A stretch of DNA of 64,000 bases from an uncultured Anaerolineaceae bacterium (GCA_964556745.1 CAZKXW010000007.1:21028-85027); one strand, 5' to 3'; positions 18,275 to 28,724 are shown, counted from the stretch's first letter. Notes: generated by a model from the letters alone, not told the origin. A program made the numbers and translations.

Positions 18275-19327
18275 TTAGCTGCCGGGAACGGGCGTCGGCA
18301 CTTCAATTGACGGCGGGACGAAGTTCGGATCACCAGCCGCCAGGCTGTTGAAGTCGAACAGGAATGGACTGTTGGTCGGGACCAACATCAGGCTGACGTT
18401 GTCGCTGAGATTCTGCACGTAGAGATACTGGATCAGGCTGGGATTGGCCGCGATCTGCTGGCTGACCAGTTGGAGCGCCTGCGCTTCAGCAGCGGCGCGG
18501 ATCTGGATAGCTTCAGCTTCACCACGCGCGGCAGCGATGGCGGCGTTGGCGCGGCCCTGCGCTTCGGTCTCAGCACGCTGCGCTTCGGTGCGGGCGCGTT
18601 CCAGGTTCTGTTCGGCGACCACCTTCTGCTCGATGGCTTCGGTGAAGGCATCCGAGAAGGTGATGTCGCGGACGAGCAGGTCGGTCAGTTCCAGATTTTC
18701 TTCGGCAAAGCGCGTAGCAACTTCATCGCGGATGTCATCGCCCAATTGAGCGCGGGCTTCGCCATAGATCTGCTCGGCGGAATACTTCGAGACGACTTCG
18801 CGCACCAGCGAGCGGGTCGTCGGGCGGACGAAGCCGGCCAGATAATTCTCGTTCCAATCACGGTAGAGATCGCCAGCCGTGCCGGGCACGATGCGGAAAA
18901 TGACGGTGATGTCCATGCGGACGGTCTGGCCGTCGCTGGTACGGGCTTCCACGGCGTCGTTTTCGTTGGCGCGGGCACCCTCACCCAGTGTTCCCGACAT
19001 GGTGTATTCCTGCTGCGTGATCGGGTAGGTGATGGCCACGCGCTGCACGACCGGGACGACGACATGCGTACCGCCCTGGCGAGGGGCCTCGACGTTACCG
19101 CTCAGGGTATTGATGACCACCGCCACCTGCGTCGGCTCGACAATGATGATGCCCTGGCTGACGATGCTGAAGAGCAGGCCGGCGATCAAACCGACCACCG
19201 CCAGCAGGACGCCGCCGCGTGCCGGACGCCCCTGCGAGGCCGATACGACGGCCAGCCCCGCGCCCGCCAAGAATAGAAGGAAGCCCACCAGGGCTAACGT
19301 TCCAAGTAATGCGCTGATACCACCCAT
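18275..19327 (-). CDS. SPFH/prohibitin (band 7) family membrane protein
   Basis: Two N-terminal TM helices; ARTSDGQ, LLVRDITFS..FTEAIEQK, and an Ala/Glu coiled coil. Confidence 0.9.
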   Translation of the reverse strand: MGGISALLGTLALVGFLLFLAGAGLAVVSASQGRPARGGVLLAVVGLIAGLLFSIVSQGIIIVEPTQVAVVINTLSGNVEAPRQGGTHVVVPVVQRVAITYPITQQEYTMSGTLGEGARANENDAVEARTSDGQTVRMDITVIFRIVPGTAGDLYRDWNENYLAGFVRPTTRSLVREVVSKYSAEQIYGEARAQLGDDIRDEVATRFAEENLELTDLLVRDITFSDAFTEAIEQKVVAEQNLERARTEAQRAETEAQGRANAAIAAARGEAEAIQIRAAAEAQALQLVSQQIAANPSLIQYLYVQNLSDNVSLMLVPTNSPFLFDFNSLAAGDPNFVPPSIEVPTPVPGS

Positions 19328-19739
19328 AGCTTTATGCTGCTCCTTGTTGCAACTGCGTTCTCGAATTGACACGAGGCCGCCTATCGCGGTGATTATATCC
19401 ACGACAGCGGCCGCATGATGCTCACTGCGCCCAACCCCCCAGAAATTGGGGCACAGCCCCGACTTTCTCCCTCATTCTCGCCCCAGCTCTCTCCAGTGCA
19501 TGCGCTTGAAGCCGGCATCCAGGGGAAGAACCGCGCGAAACCGTCATACCACGCTCCAGCCCTCGACTCTACCCAGCCTTGCTTAACGCCCGATGAACGC
19601 CGTGCAGGATCGACATACGAGTTTGACGGCGGGTGCTACAATGACGGCGAGGTGACCCTCGCCCCGCGTCTCTCTATGGCGTGGACAGCCGAAACGGGAT
19701 AAGCGGGTCATCGTCGCCTTTGGACGGAACCTACAGTCT

Positions 19740-20534
19740 ATGCCCTCTCTATATACGACAATCGGCCCCTGGACGTTGCAGACCTTCACCTGGCTGGTGG
19801 CGGCGGCGGTTCTGGTCAGTTTGGCGCTGGCGCGGCGGCAGAGCCGCGGCGCGGTCGGCATCGACACGCTGCTGGCGGCGCTGGTTGGCGCGGTGATCGG
19901 AGCGCGGGCGCTGCATGTCGGCCTGCGCTGGGATTATTTCCAGGCGGCGCTCGCCGAAGCTGCCAACCTCGCCGCCGGCGGAATGAGCTGGCACGGCGCC
20001 GTTCTGGGTGGGCTGTTCGGGCTGGCGGCGATGCGGCAGATCGAGCGGCGGCGCGGTGTGTCGGTCTCGTTCAGCGCGGCGCTGGATGCGCTGGCCCTGG
20101 CCCTACCCCTCATCGGCCTGGCAAGCTGGACGGGCTGTATCGCCGCCGGCTGCGGATGGGGCCGGGAGGTGGATACCCTGGCGACCGCTCCGGCCTGGTT
20201 GGTCTGGGAGAGCATCGATGTTTACGGCATCCCGGCTCCGCGCTTCAGCACGCAGCGCTTCGGCATCGTCCTGTGCGGCGTCGTGCTGCTGATTCTGGTC
20301 GTGCTCTACGGCCGGCGGTTGGGTGAGGGCCGGCGTTTCTGGATTGGGCTGGCGCTGCTCAGCCTGGGGATGTTCGTCATTGGATTCTTCCGTGCCGATC
20401 CGGTGGCTTTCCTGTTCGGGCTGCGGGCCGATCAAGGGCTGGATGTGGCCTTGCTGCTGATGAGCCTGTGGGCGGCCCGCCGGAGAAATGCGTTCAGCCG
20501 CACAGTCTCCACGCCGCAGCATCACGCCCCGTGA
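19740..20534 (+). CDS. prolipoprotein diacylglyceryl transferase (Lgt)-family membrane protein, divergent
   Basis: GARALHV, GGMSWHGAVLGG, GC...GCGWG and FFRAD; multiple TM helices. Confidence 0.75.
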   Translation: MPSLYTTIGPWTLQTFTWLVAAAVLVSLALARRQSRGAVGIDTLLAALVGAVIGARALHVGLRWDYFQAALAEAANLAAGGMSWHGAVLGGLFGLAAMRQIERRRGVSVSFSAALDALALALPLIGLASWTGCIAAGCGWGREVDTLATAPAWLVWESIDVYGIPAPRFSTQRFGIVLCGVVLLILVVLYGRRLGEGRRFWIGLALLSLGMFVIGFFRADPVAFLFGLRADQGLDVALLLMSLWAARRRNAFSRTVSTPQHHAP

Positions 20535-20569
20535 CGACAATCCCAATGCCGCCCATCCCCATTGCAGTC

Positions 20570-21193
20570 TTATGGCAGCGTGGTGAACTCCTCAAGATAC
20601 GAATCCAGGTCGGATTCGCGCAGTTCCCCTAAGTGCCGGTAGCGGATCGTGCCGCCGGGATCGATCACGTAGGTGGTCGGCATGACCCGCACATCGTAGG
20701 CGTTGTAGACATCCAGCGACGAGTCTAACAGGATCGTCAGCCCGGAGATGCCGTTGTCATCCAGGTACGTCTGAATCTGCTCCGGCGTCTCGTTGACATT
20801 GACCGCCAGGATGACCGCCCCGTTCTCGCCCTGGCGTTCCTGGAAGCCTTGCAGCGCGGGCAGTTCCCGCTGGCAAGGCACGCACCATGTTGCCCAGAAA
20901 TTCACAAAGACGACTCGACCGCGCAGGCTCTCCAGGTCATAGCTTTGCCCGTCCAGCCCGCTCAGGACGAAGCGCGGCGCGGGCTGGTCGATCAGTCCGC
21001 GGCCCTGCGGCACGATGGCTTCCAGCGTGGGCTGGGAATTGACGGCCTGCGGACGGGACGCCTCGGAGAGCGCCATCACCAGCGCCGCGATGATCCCCAG
21101 CACCGGGAAGATCACGAACAGGATCAGCACCGGAGCGGGGCGGCCGTGCGGCGGAACTGGCGGCGGTTGGGGAGTGATTTCGGGAACGTTCAT
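20570..21193 (-). CDS. TlpA/ResA-family thiol-disulfide oxidoreductase, membrane anchored
   Basis: One N-terminal TM helix; NFWATWCVPC and MPTTYVID. Confidence 0.92.
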   Translation of the reverse strand: MNVPEITPQPPPVPPHGRPAPVLILFVIFPVLGIIAALVMALSEASRPQAVNSQPTLEAIVPQGRGLIDQPAPRFVLSGLDGQSYDLESLRGRVVFVNFWATWCVPCQRELPALQGFQERQGENGAVILAVNVNETPEQIQTYLDDNGISGLTILLDSSLDVYNAYDVRVMPTTYVIDPGGTIRYRHLGELRESDLDSYLEEFTTLP

Positions 21194-21205
21194 GATGATC
21201 CGGTC

Positions 21206-22726
21206 TCAGGGAACCCAGCGGGATAGAAAAGCATCGTTAGAAACTTTGACCAGCCTATTGTTAGTCAGGTCCAGCGTCCAGACTTCCGGCAGGCCGGGGT
21301 TATTCGGATCCTCCATCGCCACCGGGTCGGGGAACCGCTGGATGACCAACTGTGTGCCAGTCGGGTCGAGCGAGAACAGGCCGTTCTGGTACAGCGGATC
21401 GTACAGCAGCGTTTCGACGCTGCCGTCGCTCGGATCAAGCCTGTAAAGCTGCTTGCCGCGCGTGAAACGGCTGTCGAGATAGCGCCGGGCAATCACCAGG
21501 AAGGAGCCATCAGGACTCCAGACCGCCGCATCATCATCGACCGCTTCCGGCGGAAAACTCAGCGGTCGGATTTCATTGGCGGCCAGATCGACCAGTTCCA
21601 GATTGGTGAAGGCCTGGTTTTCGGTCAGGACGGTCTTGGGATACACCAGTTGAGTCCCATCCGGTGAGAGTTCGCCGGAGTTGCCGTAATTGCTGGGAAT
21701 CAGCACCGTGGTCTCGTCGCGGAAGTCGTAGACCAGGATGCTCATCGTGCTGGAGTCGAACACGGCCACGCGGTTGCCATCACCCGACCAGCGCAGCCCG
21801 TAGCCCAGAATCTGCGAGTCGCTGAACAGTGGGCGGTTGGTATAGGGCTGCGTCGTTAGATCGACGACCCAGATGCGCGTCGGGCTGATCCCGACCTGCC
21901 CGCCCAGATCGCTGTTAAGATCGACCCGCTCGTAGGCGATCCTCTGCCCATCTGGCCGCCAGACCGGACGGGCGCACTCCGCGTCCGAGCAGTCGGTGAT
22001 CTGCTGAATCCCGCCCGTGTCCAGATCGAGCAGCTTGATGTCCATCGTCCCAGTGCTGCTGTTGCGCTCCGAAAAGGCGATCTGGCTCCCGTCCGGGCTG
22101 ACGCTGTAGTCGTAGATGCCCGACGGGCTGAAGGTGATCTGCCGCGCGCTGGAGGGATCCGCCGGGTCTGTAATCCAGATGTTGAACGGTGGGCGGCTGG
22201 ACGGGGCCAGATAAGCCACCCGCGGCCTGCGCACCGTAAAGCGGTAGCGGTACTCATCCAGCACCAGGCGGCCGGTCTCGCTGGCTGCGCCGGATTCCAG
22301 GATGACCTGATAGCTGCTGCCGGGGCGGAGCGCCTGATCCGGCTGGAACCGCAGCGTCGCTCCCTTCCAGGTGACCGTCCCGCTGACCTCCGCCAGCACA
22401 TCAGGCGGCGTGGCAGCAGCGCTCTGCTCCGGCGCAATCTCGATGAGGCGCAGCCGCGCGGCTGCGCTCTCCCGGTTCATGGCCTCGCTGAATTCGATCA
22501 GCACCGCGCTGGTGCTGCGAGCCGTTCCCAACGGGCTGACCCGTTTGAGCGTCACCCCCACCCGGTCGCCGACCAGCAGCGTCACGCCGATCAACCCGAC
22601 CAGCAGCAGCAGAATCGCGCCGACAATCCGGTCAAAACGGGTGAAGCGGAACCGGGTCAGGAATGAAGCCAGGGGCGAATCGGGCGGTTGAGCGACGGGC
22701 AGCGGCGGTTGGTTGTCCACCTGCAT
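21206..22726 (-). CDS. membrane-anchored Ig-like (Big_5) plus TolB-like beta-propeller protein
   Basis: TM helix; IEFSEAM...LRFQP...L.PG..YQV; repeated SPDG/WSPDG blades. Confidence 0.8.
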   Translation of the reverse strand: MQVDNQPPLPVAQPPDSPLASFLTRFRFTRFDRIVGAILLLLVGLIGVTLLVGDRVGVTLKRVSPLGTARSTSAVLIEFSEAMNRESAAARLRLIEIAPEQSAAATPPDVLAEVSGTVTWKGATLRFQPDQALRPGSSYQVILESGAASETGRLVLDEYRYRFTVRRPRVAYLAPSSRPPFNIWITDPADPSSARQITFSPSGIYDYSVSPDGSQIAFSERNSSTGTMDIKLLDLDTGGIQQITDCSDAECARPVWRPDGQRIAYERVDLNSDLGGQVGISPTRIWVVDLTTQPYTNRPLFSDSQILGYGLRWSGDGNRVAVFDSSTMSILVYDFRDETTVLIPSNYGNSGELSPDGTQLVYPKTVLTENQAFTNLELVDLAANEIRPLSFPPEAVDDDAAVWSPDGSFLVIARRYLDSRFTRGKQLYRLDPSDGSVETLLYDPLYQNGLFSLDPTGTQLVIQRFPDPVAMEDPNNPGLPEVWTLDLTNNRLVKVSNDAFLSRWVP

Positions 22727-22880
22727 TCACACACTATCCTTCAAACAGCGACCGCCCAACGATAGCACAGCTTGAGGCGGGCGGCGAGGCTCAAGACAGT
22801 TCGTCCGCCCATTGCGCTCTCACAGCCGCCAGCCGCTCTGCGGTTCAATCTTACTATCTCCGATTATATATCGCAAAAGT

Positions 22881-23402
22881 AGACAAAATGTCACCCTAAC
22901 CCGCCCATTTTGTGCTACCCTGTATTTACGGCAGGGTAGGTACAGGCTTTTGCCCGTCCCCGCCTGACGCATCGCACCTTCACAACCTATCGCCTGCGAA
23001 TATCGCCATCCGTTGTTGTGGCAAGAATCACCGAGTTGCAGCTGCAACATTTTCAACATTTGCAACTTTTCGCCGATTTGCGCTGGCGGTATTTGCAGCG
23101 CTTCTGGCAGAACGCGGCTTACATTCAACGGCTTTGGCACAAAACTGCCGTTCCGCGCCTGCCGCCATTGCCGCCATTTGTGCCAGTTGGCCCGTCCGAC
23201 ACTGCCGACAACAACGACATTTCCGACAATTGGCCTTCTCTGGCTATCAGCTAAAAGCTAAAGGCTATCAGCTACACCGACAATTCTCAGGATTCTCACG
23301 TTCTCATTCTTATCATTTCTCTCATCGCCGCTGCCCGGAACATCCTGTATGCCTAAAAGCTGTCAGCTAAAATATAACCATAAACTATCAAATATTAATT
23401 TC
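22881..23402. repeat. dispersed modular intergenic repeat, copy B (most complete copy)
   Basis: Matches 2018-2340 and 63392-63955 in reverse complement; carries TGCAAC, TGCC, GACA, GCTA and TTCTCA short-repeat modules. Confidence 0.9.
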
Positions 23403-23543
23403 TTTCACCTTGACGGCTGCATCTCTGCGATGGAGCGTGTCTGCCCCAAAATCAGTCCTTTGACCGACTAGACGCCGGCTCAAAGTCGTGCTATAGTGAC
23501 TGGGAAGTGCCTTGCATTTCAGTGAACTCAGTGTAGGTGTTTG

Positions 23544-24794
23544 ATGACTACCGTAGTGATCGGCGCTGGTTTCGCCGGACTGACCGCCGCCCGTGATGTG
23601 TACCATGCCGGGAAGCAGGTCGTCGTGCTGGAAGCGCGTGATCGAATCGGCGGGCGTGTCCATACGGAGCGCCGCTTCGCAGGTTTCCCCGTCGAGTTCG
23701 GCGCGGAGTTTATCCACGGCGATCTCGTCCCCACGTGACTGCTGGTCCGAGAACTCGGACTCCGCACACAGCACTGGCGCAAACAAGAAGAATCGCTCGT
23801 CCGCCTCGCGGATGGGTCGCTGCGAACGATGGCCGAGGCGCGACGCCTCTACCCCGACTTCGACATCACCCGTTCCTGGGCGCTGCCCGACGTACCCCCG
23901 CTGCCGGATGAAGACCTGGGCCGCTATCTGACGCGGTTGGGCTTCAGCGAGGCGCAGCTTCAGTACACCCGGCGCTCGTATGGCAACGCGACCGGCGAGG
24001 CGCTGGCCTTCATCAGCGCGGAAGCGGCCCTGGCCGAAATGCGCGATACGACCGGCGGTCAGGGCGATTACCGCATCCTGGATGGCTACGACTCGGTCTA
24101 TACCCATCTGGCGCGAGGGCTGGACATCCGCCTGAACACGCCCGTGACGCGGATCGAGTGGTCGCCAGACGGGGCGCGGGTCATCACCGCGCGGGAGTCC
24201 TTCGAGGCGGAAGCGGTGGTCATCACCATCCCGCTCGGGGCGCTCCAGGCCGGCGTGATCGAGTTCGCTCCGGCGCTGCCGGAGAGCAAGCAGCAGGCCA
24301 TCCGCAGCCTCAGAATGGGGCCGGGGATCAAGCTGGTCTACCGCTTTGCCGAGCCGTTCGCCGCGCCGGAGACGATGGCGCTGTACAGCGCCCTTAATCC
24401 GCCGATGTGGTGGACACCCGCCGTCGGTCATGGAACTGGCGAGGTCGTCTGGACCGCCTTCTGCACCGGGGACTGGGCGCGGGAACTGCTGGCTCTGGGC
24501 GATGAAGGCGCCTTGATGAAGGCGCTGGAGACGCTCCAGGCGGAGTTCAACCGCCCTGACCTCTCTCCAGTGGACATGCGCCTGGTCAACTGGCCTGCCG
24601 ATCCGTATGTACGCGGCGGCTACAGCGTGACCCCACCGGGACAGGTCGCAGCCCGCGCGGAACTGGCGCAGCCAGTCGCCAACCGCTTGTTCTGGGCGGG
24701 GGAAGCCACGGCTCCCCTGCCGCACGTCGCTACCGTGCATGGCGCTTATCTCAGCGGCCAACGCGCCGCAAAAGAAGTCCTGGCTGCGCATTGA
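23544..24794 (+). pseudogene. flavin monoamine oxidase family protein interrupted by an in-frame TGA at 23736-23738
   Basis: [16 protein letters not shown] and GAEFIHG in ORF 23541-23738 continue in frame into ORF 23829-24794 (WAGEAT...TVHGAYLSG). Confidence 0.75.
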
Positions 24795-24837
24795 GCGCCT
24801 CCAGGCAGTTCGTCCAATCAGAAGGAAGAGGACTCGT

Positions 24838-25623
24838 ATGGACGCCAACTTAACCCCCAGCATCGTTCGTAACCGGCTCAGACAGAGCGGGGCGACCCCT
24901 ATCGTGGTGCGACCTGCTTCTGTAGAACTGGTCGATCTGATGGAACGATGCCACCAACAGGCTTATGGTTATGGGCCAGATCAACTGGACGCCGAAAGCC
25001 TGACCGCGGAGAAATTCCGCAGCCACCTGTCTGTTTTCCCCGAAGGCCAGTTCGTGGCGCTGGACATCCGCAGCCGTCAGGTTGTGGGCACGTCCACCAA
25101 CATGCGCCGCGACTTTGATTTCGCCAGAGACTCGGCGGTCTCCTGGGCGGAACTCACCAAAGACGGCTGACTGACCACCCATCAACCGGACGGCCAATGG
25201 CTGTATGGGGTGGACACAGTGGTTCATCCGGATTATCGCAGCCAGGGCGTCGGCGGACAACTCATTGAAGCGCGTTATAACCTGATCCGCGCCTTGAATC
25301 TGCGCGGCTTGGTCGCGGGCAGCATGATCGTGGATTACGGCAAGGTCGCCGACCAGATCAGCGCCCAGCAGTATGTGCGCGAAGTTGTCGCCGGACTCCG
25401 GTTCGACTCCAACCTGAGCAAACAACTTCGGAAGGGCTTCAAGGTCTATGGCCTGATTCCGAATTACACCATTGATGTGAACTCGCGGGGCTGGGCCGCC
25501 CAGATCGTCTGGGTCAATCCCGACTATCGTCCGGCGCGTCGCATCCATGTAATCCCGACGCCGCGCCGCGCGGGTTCGCTGCTGCGTTCCCTGGGACGAG
25601 CGCCGCTCCTCCAGGGCATCTGA
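24838..25623 (+). pseudogene. GNAT acetyltransferase (FPEGQ type) interrupted by an in-frame TGA at 25168-25170
   Basis: The two ORF halves are in frame; KDG*LTTH aligns with GYGWLSTH in the adjacent paralog. Confidence 0.75.
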
Positions 25624-25731
25624 ACAACGGATTGGTTCCCCGGCCTCTATCAAGAGTGCCGGGGAGCCAGATCGAACCGACCGATGGAATCAACCTTTAG
25701 TGGAAACCTGGAATCAGAAAGAAGCCAACTC

Positions 25732-26457
25732 ATGAGTACCTCGGAAGACCCTGCCCATTTACGCGATTACATCGCCATCCGACCCGCGTCGGCAGACTAT
25801 GCCGGCCAGATGGAGGCGCTCCAGGCGGTTGTTTACGGCGTCGATCCGCGTGACGAGCGCCAGATGACGCTGAATGCCGCCCATTTCCGCCAGCATTTGT
25901 ATGTGTTCCCGGAAGGCCAGTTCATCGCCCTGGATACGCGCACCGATACGGTCGTCGGCGTGACCGTCAGTATGCGGATCGCCTTCGATCTGCGCCGGCC
26001 GGTGCTGCGCCCCTGGTGGGAGCTGATCGGCTACGGCTGGCTGTCTACTCATGTCCGCCACGGCGCATGGATGTACGGCGTCGAGTCGTCGGTGCATCCT
26101 GACTATCGCGGCCTTGGCGTCGGCCGGCGGCTGATGGACGCCCGCAAGTCCGTGCTGCGCCGCTTGAATTTACGCGGCATGGTGGCCGGCAGCGCCATCA
26201 TTGACTACCACAAGGTTAGAGACACTATACCTGTCGAAGAGTACGTGGCCGATGTGGTGGCCGGGCGGCGCTTCGATACCAATCTGTCCAAGCAGCTCAG
26301 GATGGGCTTCCGTGCCCATGCCATCATCCCCAACTATCTGATGGATTGGGACTGCCAGGGTTACGGCGTCGAAATTGTCTGGGACAACCCGGACTATATT
26401 CCGGCGCGGCCAGTGCGCCGCCCCGTGCTGGGCCAATCCATCCCGCTGGGGCTGTAG
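25732..26457 (+). CDS. GNAT family acetyltransferase (FPEGQ type), paralog of the upstream gene
   Basis: FPEGQF, VHPDYRGLGVG and NLSKQLRMGF. Confidence 0.88.
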   Translation: MSTSEDPAHLRDYIAIRPASADYAGQMEALQAVVYGVDPRDERQMTLNAAHFRQHLYVFPEGQFIALDTRTDTVVGVTVSMRIAFDLRRPVLRPWWELIGYGWLSTHVRHGAWMYGVESSVHPDYRGLGVGRRLMDARKSVLRRLNLRGMVAGSAIIDYHKVRDTIPVEEYVADVVAGRRFDTNLSKQLRMGFRAHAIIPNYLMDWDCQGYGVEIVWDNPDYIPARPVRRPVLGQSIPLGL

Positions 26458-26537
26458 ACCGCGTTCACTGTAAAACAGGAATAAAACAGGGCGTTCATCA
26501 CATTGAGCGCCCTGTGGGATAGTCTAACCGGATCAGA

Positions 26538-27032
26538 TCAGTGTGCGTGGGAGATGGGCACGCCCATCATGCCAGCTAGCAGCCGCTCCATAGCCATTGT
26601 ATGGCTGCACACACCGCGGCTGTGGAAGAAATCGCAGTCGCAGTGCCACTTCTCGCTGGCGATGCCGAAGTTGTGATCGCTGTTTTCGCCGTGGAAGGTC
26701 ACGTCAAACGAAACGAACCGGATGCGGTCTTTTTCATCCGAGTAGCGCTTGGCTTTCTCGATATCGCTGACCACATTCTGGCCGGGGCCATAGGGCAGCG
26801 GGGCGCGCTTGAGCATCGGTTCAAGGAGTTTTTCCAGCGCCATGCAGTGCGGGCAGATGTGGTGGGACTGGAAGCCAGGGCAGGAGCAGTGCCAGCCATT
26901 TTCGTTGAAATCGACGATGTAGCTGTCGTTGTCACCGCGGAATTCGACCTGAAAAGCACGGAAGGTAATGCGGCGCGGTTCTTCAGCATAGCGGCGGGCT
27001 TTCTCGATCTTGCCGATCATCCCGTAGTCCAT
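26538..27032 (-). CDS. tandem SWIM zinc-finger protein
   Basis: Two ~80-aa repeats: IEKA.RY...F.G.N...WHC.C..F....C.H.MA.E; ATG after AGGAGG. Confidence 0.88.
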   Translation of the reverse strand: MDYGMIGKIEKARRYAEEPRRITFRAFQVEFRGDNDSYIVDFNENGWHCSCPGFQSHHICPHCMALEKLLEPMLKRAPLPYGPGQNVVSDIEKAKRYSDEKDRIRFVSFDVTFHGENSDHNFGIASEKWHCDCDFFHSRGVCSHTMAMERLLAGMMGVPISHAH

Positions 27033-27269
27033 AATGCGGGTTGCCTCCTTAGTAGGCCAGACTGTACGATATACTAAAAGCACACGCGCGGCCTGGAAGC
27101 TCCACAGCCGCGCGTGATTAAGTCCTGATGAAACGATGTTGGCCCGGATACACTCATGAGCCGCAGCTCTCCTTTTCGCCAACCTACTTCCAGTTTAAGC
27201 GGCTTTTAAGCGGTTGTCAAACGAAGGTCAAGGCAGCGTGGACACGAACCACACAGAATTGGGGGTACA

Positions 27270-27785
27270 ATGATCGGCGCGCAGGAACACCGTGAAAAAG
27301 CTGGCCGTGGCCCGGTGACAGCCGCGATTGTCACCGTCAGCGATACGCGCACGCCGGAGACCGACCAGAATCGGCGCTACCTGGAGGCGCGTCTGGGTGA
27401 ACTGGGCCATCAGGTGGCGGCCTACCGGCTGATCAAGGACGAACCGGATCAGGTCGAAGCGGTGATCGATGAACTGACAGCGATGCCCGGCGTGCAGATC
27501 ATCCTGTTCAACGGCGGAACAGGCATCAGCCCGCGCGATACGACCTACGATGTGGTCAGCCGCCGCCTGGAAAAGACGCTGCCGGGCTTCGGCGAACTCT
27601 TCCGCATGTTGAGTTATGCCGAAGTGGGCGCGGCCGCCATGTTCAGCCGGGCGACGGCGGGGGTCTGCCGGGGGACGCTGATCGTCTCGATGCCGGGCAG
27701 CCCCAACGCGGTACAGGTGGCGATGGAGAAACTGATCCTGCCAGAGATCAACCATCTGGCCTGGGAGATCGCCCGCAAGGGGTGA
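27270..27785 (+). CDS. moaB: molybdenum cofactor biosynthesis protein MoaB/MogA family
   Basis: Motifs [32 protein letters not shown] and PGSPNA. Confidence 0.92.
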   Translation: MIGAQEHREKAGRGPVTAAIVTVSDTRTPETDQNRRYLEARLGELGHQVAAYRLIKDEPDQVEAVIDELTAMPGVQIILFNGGTGISPRDTTYDVVSRRLEKTLPGFGELFRMLSYAEVGAAAMFSRATAGVCRGTLIVSMPGSPNAVQVAMEKLILPEINHLAWEIARKG

Positions 27786-27791
27786 GAAACG

Positions 27792-27825
27792 CCACAGAGA
27801 GGCCAGCGGCCTCTCTGTGGTTTTT
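27792..27825 (+). terminator. intrinsic terminator between convergent genes
   Basis: Perfect 13-bp stem CCACAGAGAGGCC-agc-GGCCTCTCTGTGG followed by TTTTT. Confidence 0.88.
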
Positions 27826-27839
27826 GTGCTATGGTGCTG

Positions 27840-28724
27840 TTAGCTGCCCGTCACCACGGGGAGTTCAGCGGCTTTCCAGGCAGCGAGGCCGCCAGCCATA
27901 TTGCGGACGTTAGTGTAGCCGAGCAGACCAAGCTGGGTGGCGACGATGCCGCCGCGATAGCTGGAAGCGCAGTAGACGACGATGTTGGCGTCCAGATCGG
28001 TGGGCATTTCGTCCAGGCGGGCGAAGAACTCGTCCACCCACACATGCGTCGCGCCTTCGATGTAGCCTTCGTCCCATTCCTTCTGACTGCGGACATCCAG
28101 CAGCAGGTCGGGCATGGTCTCGAACATCTCTTCAAAGAGGTCAGCAGGTTTGACCGCGCCCCAGTTTTCTGGCAGGTTGGCGATGTACGCGCCGACATAT
28201 TCGGCCAGCGCCGGGTCGATTTCGGCGGGCATTTCGCTCACTTCGGCGACGGCGGGTTCTTCCACGACCGGCAGTTCTTCGCCGACCCAGGCATCAAAAC
28301 CGCCCTTGAGGACTTTGACATTGGTGTAGCCCAGGATTTGCAGCGCAGTCATGCCGATGGTCGCGCGGAAACCGCCCTTGCAGACGACCACAATCGGAGC
28401 ATCCAGATCAGGCAGTACGTTGAGGTTCTCGCCCAGAGTGCGGAGCGGCACGTTGATCGCGCCTTCAATGATGCCGAAATCATCCACTTCCTTGACTTCA
28501 CGCACATCCAGGATGACCACATCCGGGTTCTCGGCCAGCATGACGGTGAAGTCTTCCACTGCCAGCAGGCCGTAGCCTTCCGGCAGTTTTTCGTTGTAGG
28601 CTTCCAGGCGTGGCATCAGCAGATCGTTGACAACATCGATCTCTTCGGTCGTCTGGGCGAAAGCCACCGTCGGCAGCAGCAGCATCGCCACAACCAGAAG
28701 CCGGATCAAAGTACGCATGTTCAC
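27840..28724 (-). CDS. exported tandem rhodanese-domain sulfurtransferase
   Basis: Signal peptide (..PTVAFA-Q); two domains with LDVR..E...G.IEGA and active-site loops CKGGFR and CASSYR. The start may be ATG 28718. Confidence 0.9.
   Translation of the reverse strand: MNMRTLIRLLVVAMLLLPTVAFAQTTEEIDVVNDLLMPRLEAYNEKLPEGYGLLAVEDFTVMLAENPDVVILDVREVKEVDDFGIIEGAINVPLRTLGENLNVLPDLDAPIVVVCKGGFRATIGMTALQILGYTNVKVLKGGFDAWVGEELPVVEEPAVAEVSEMPAEIDPALAEYVGAYIANLPENWGAVKPADLFEEMFETMPDLLLDVRSQKEWDEGYIEGATHVWVDEFFARLDEMPTDLDANIVVYCASSYRGGIVATQLGLLGYTNVRNMAGGLAAWKAAELPVVTGS

Noticed and set aside
19415..19702. 95-aa ORF between the SPFH and Lgt-like genes
   Set aside because: No motifs, no RBS and atypical composition; more likely a divergent promoter region.
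22881..23402. CRISPR array
   Set aside because: The repeats are 4-9-bp units in short arrays, not 23-47-bp repeats with unique spacers, and no cas genes are present.
23736..25170. Alternative genetic code (UGA=Trp) or selenocysteine at the oxidase and GNAT TGAs
   Set aside because: Many intact genes here end in TGA (tkt, the kinase, moaB) and TGG is used normally. The positions correspond to Trp rather than Cys, and the oxidase hairpin loop is only 13 nt from the UGA, closer than a typical SECIS.
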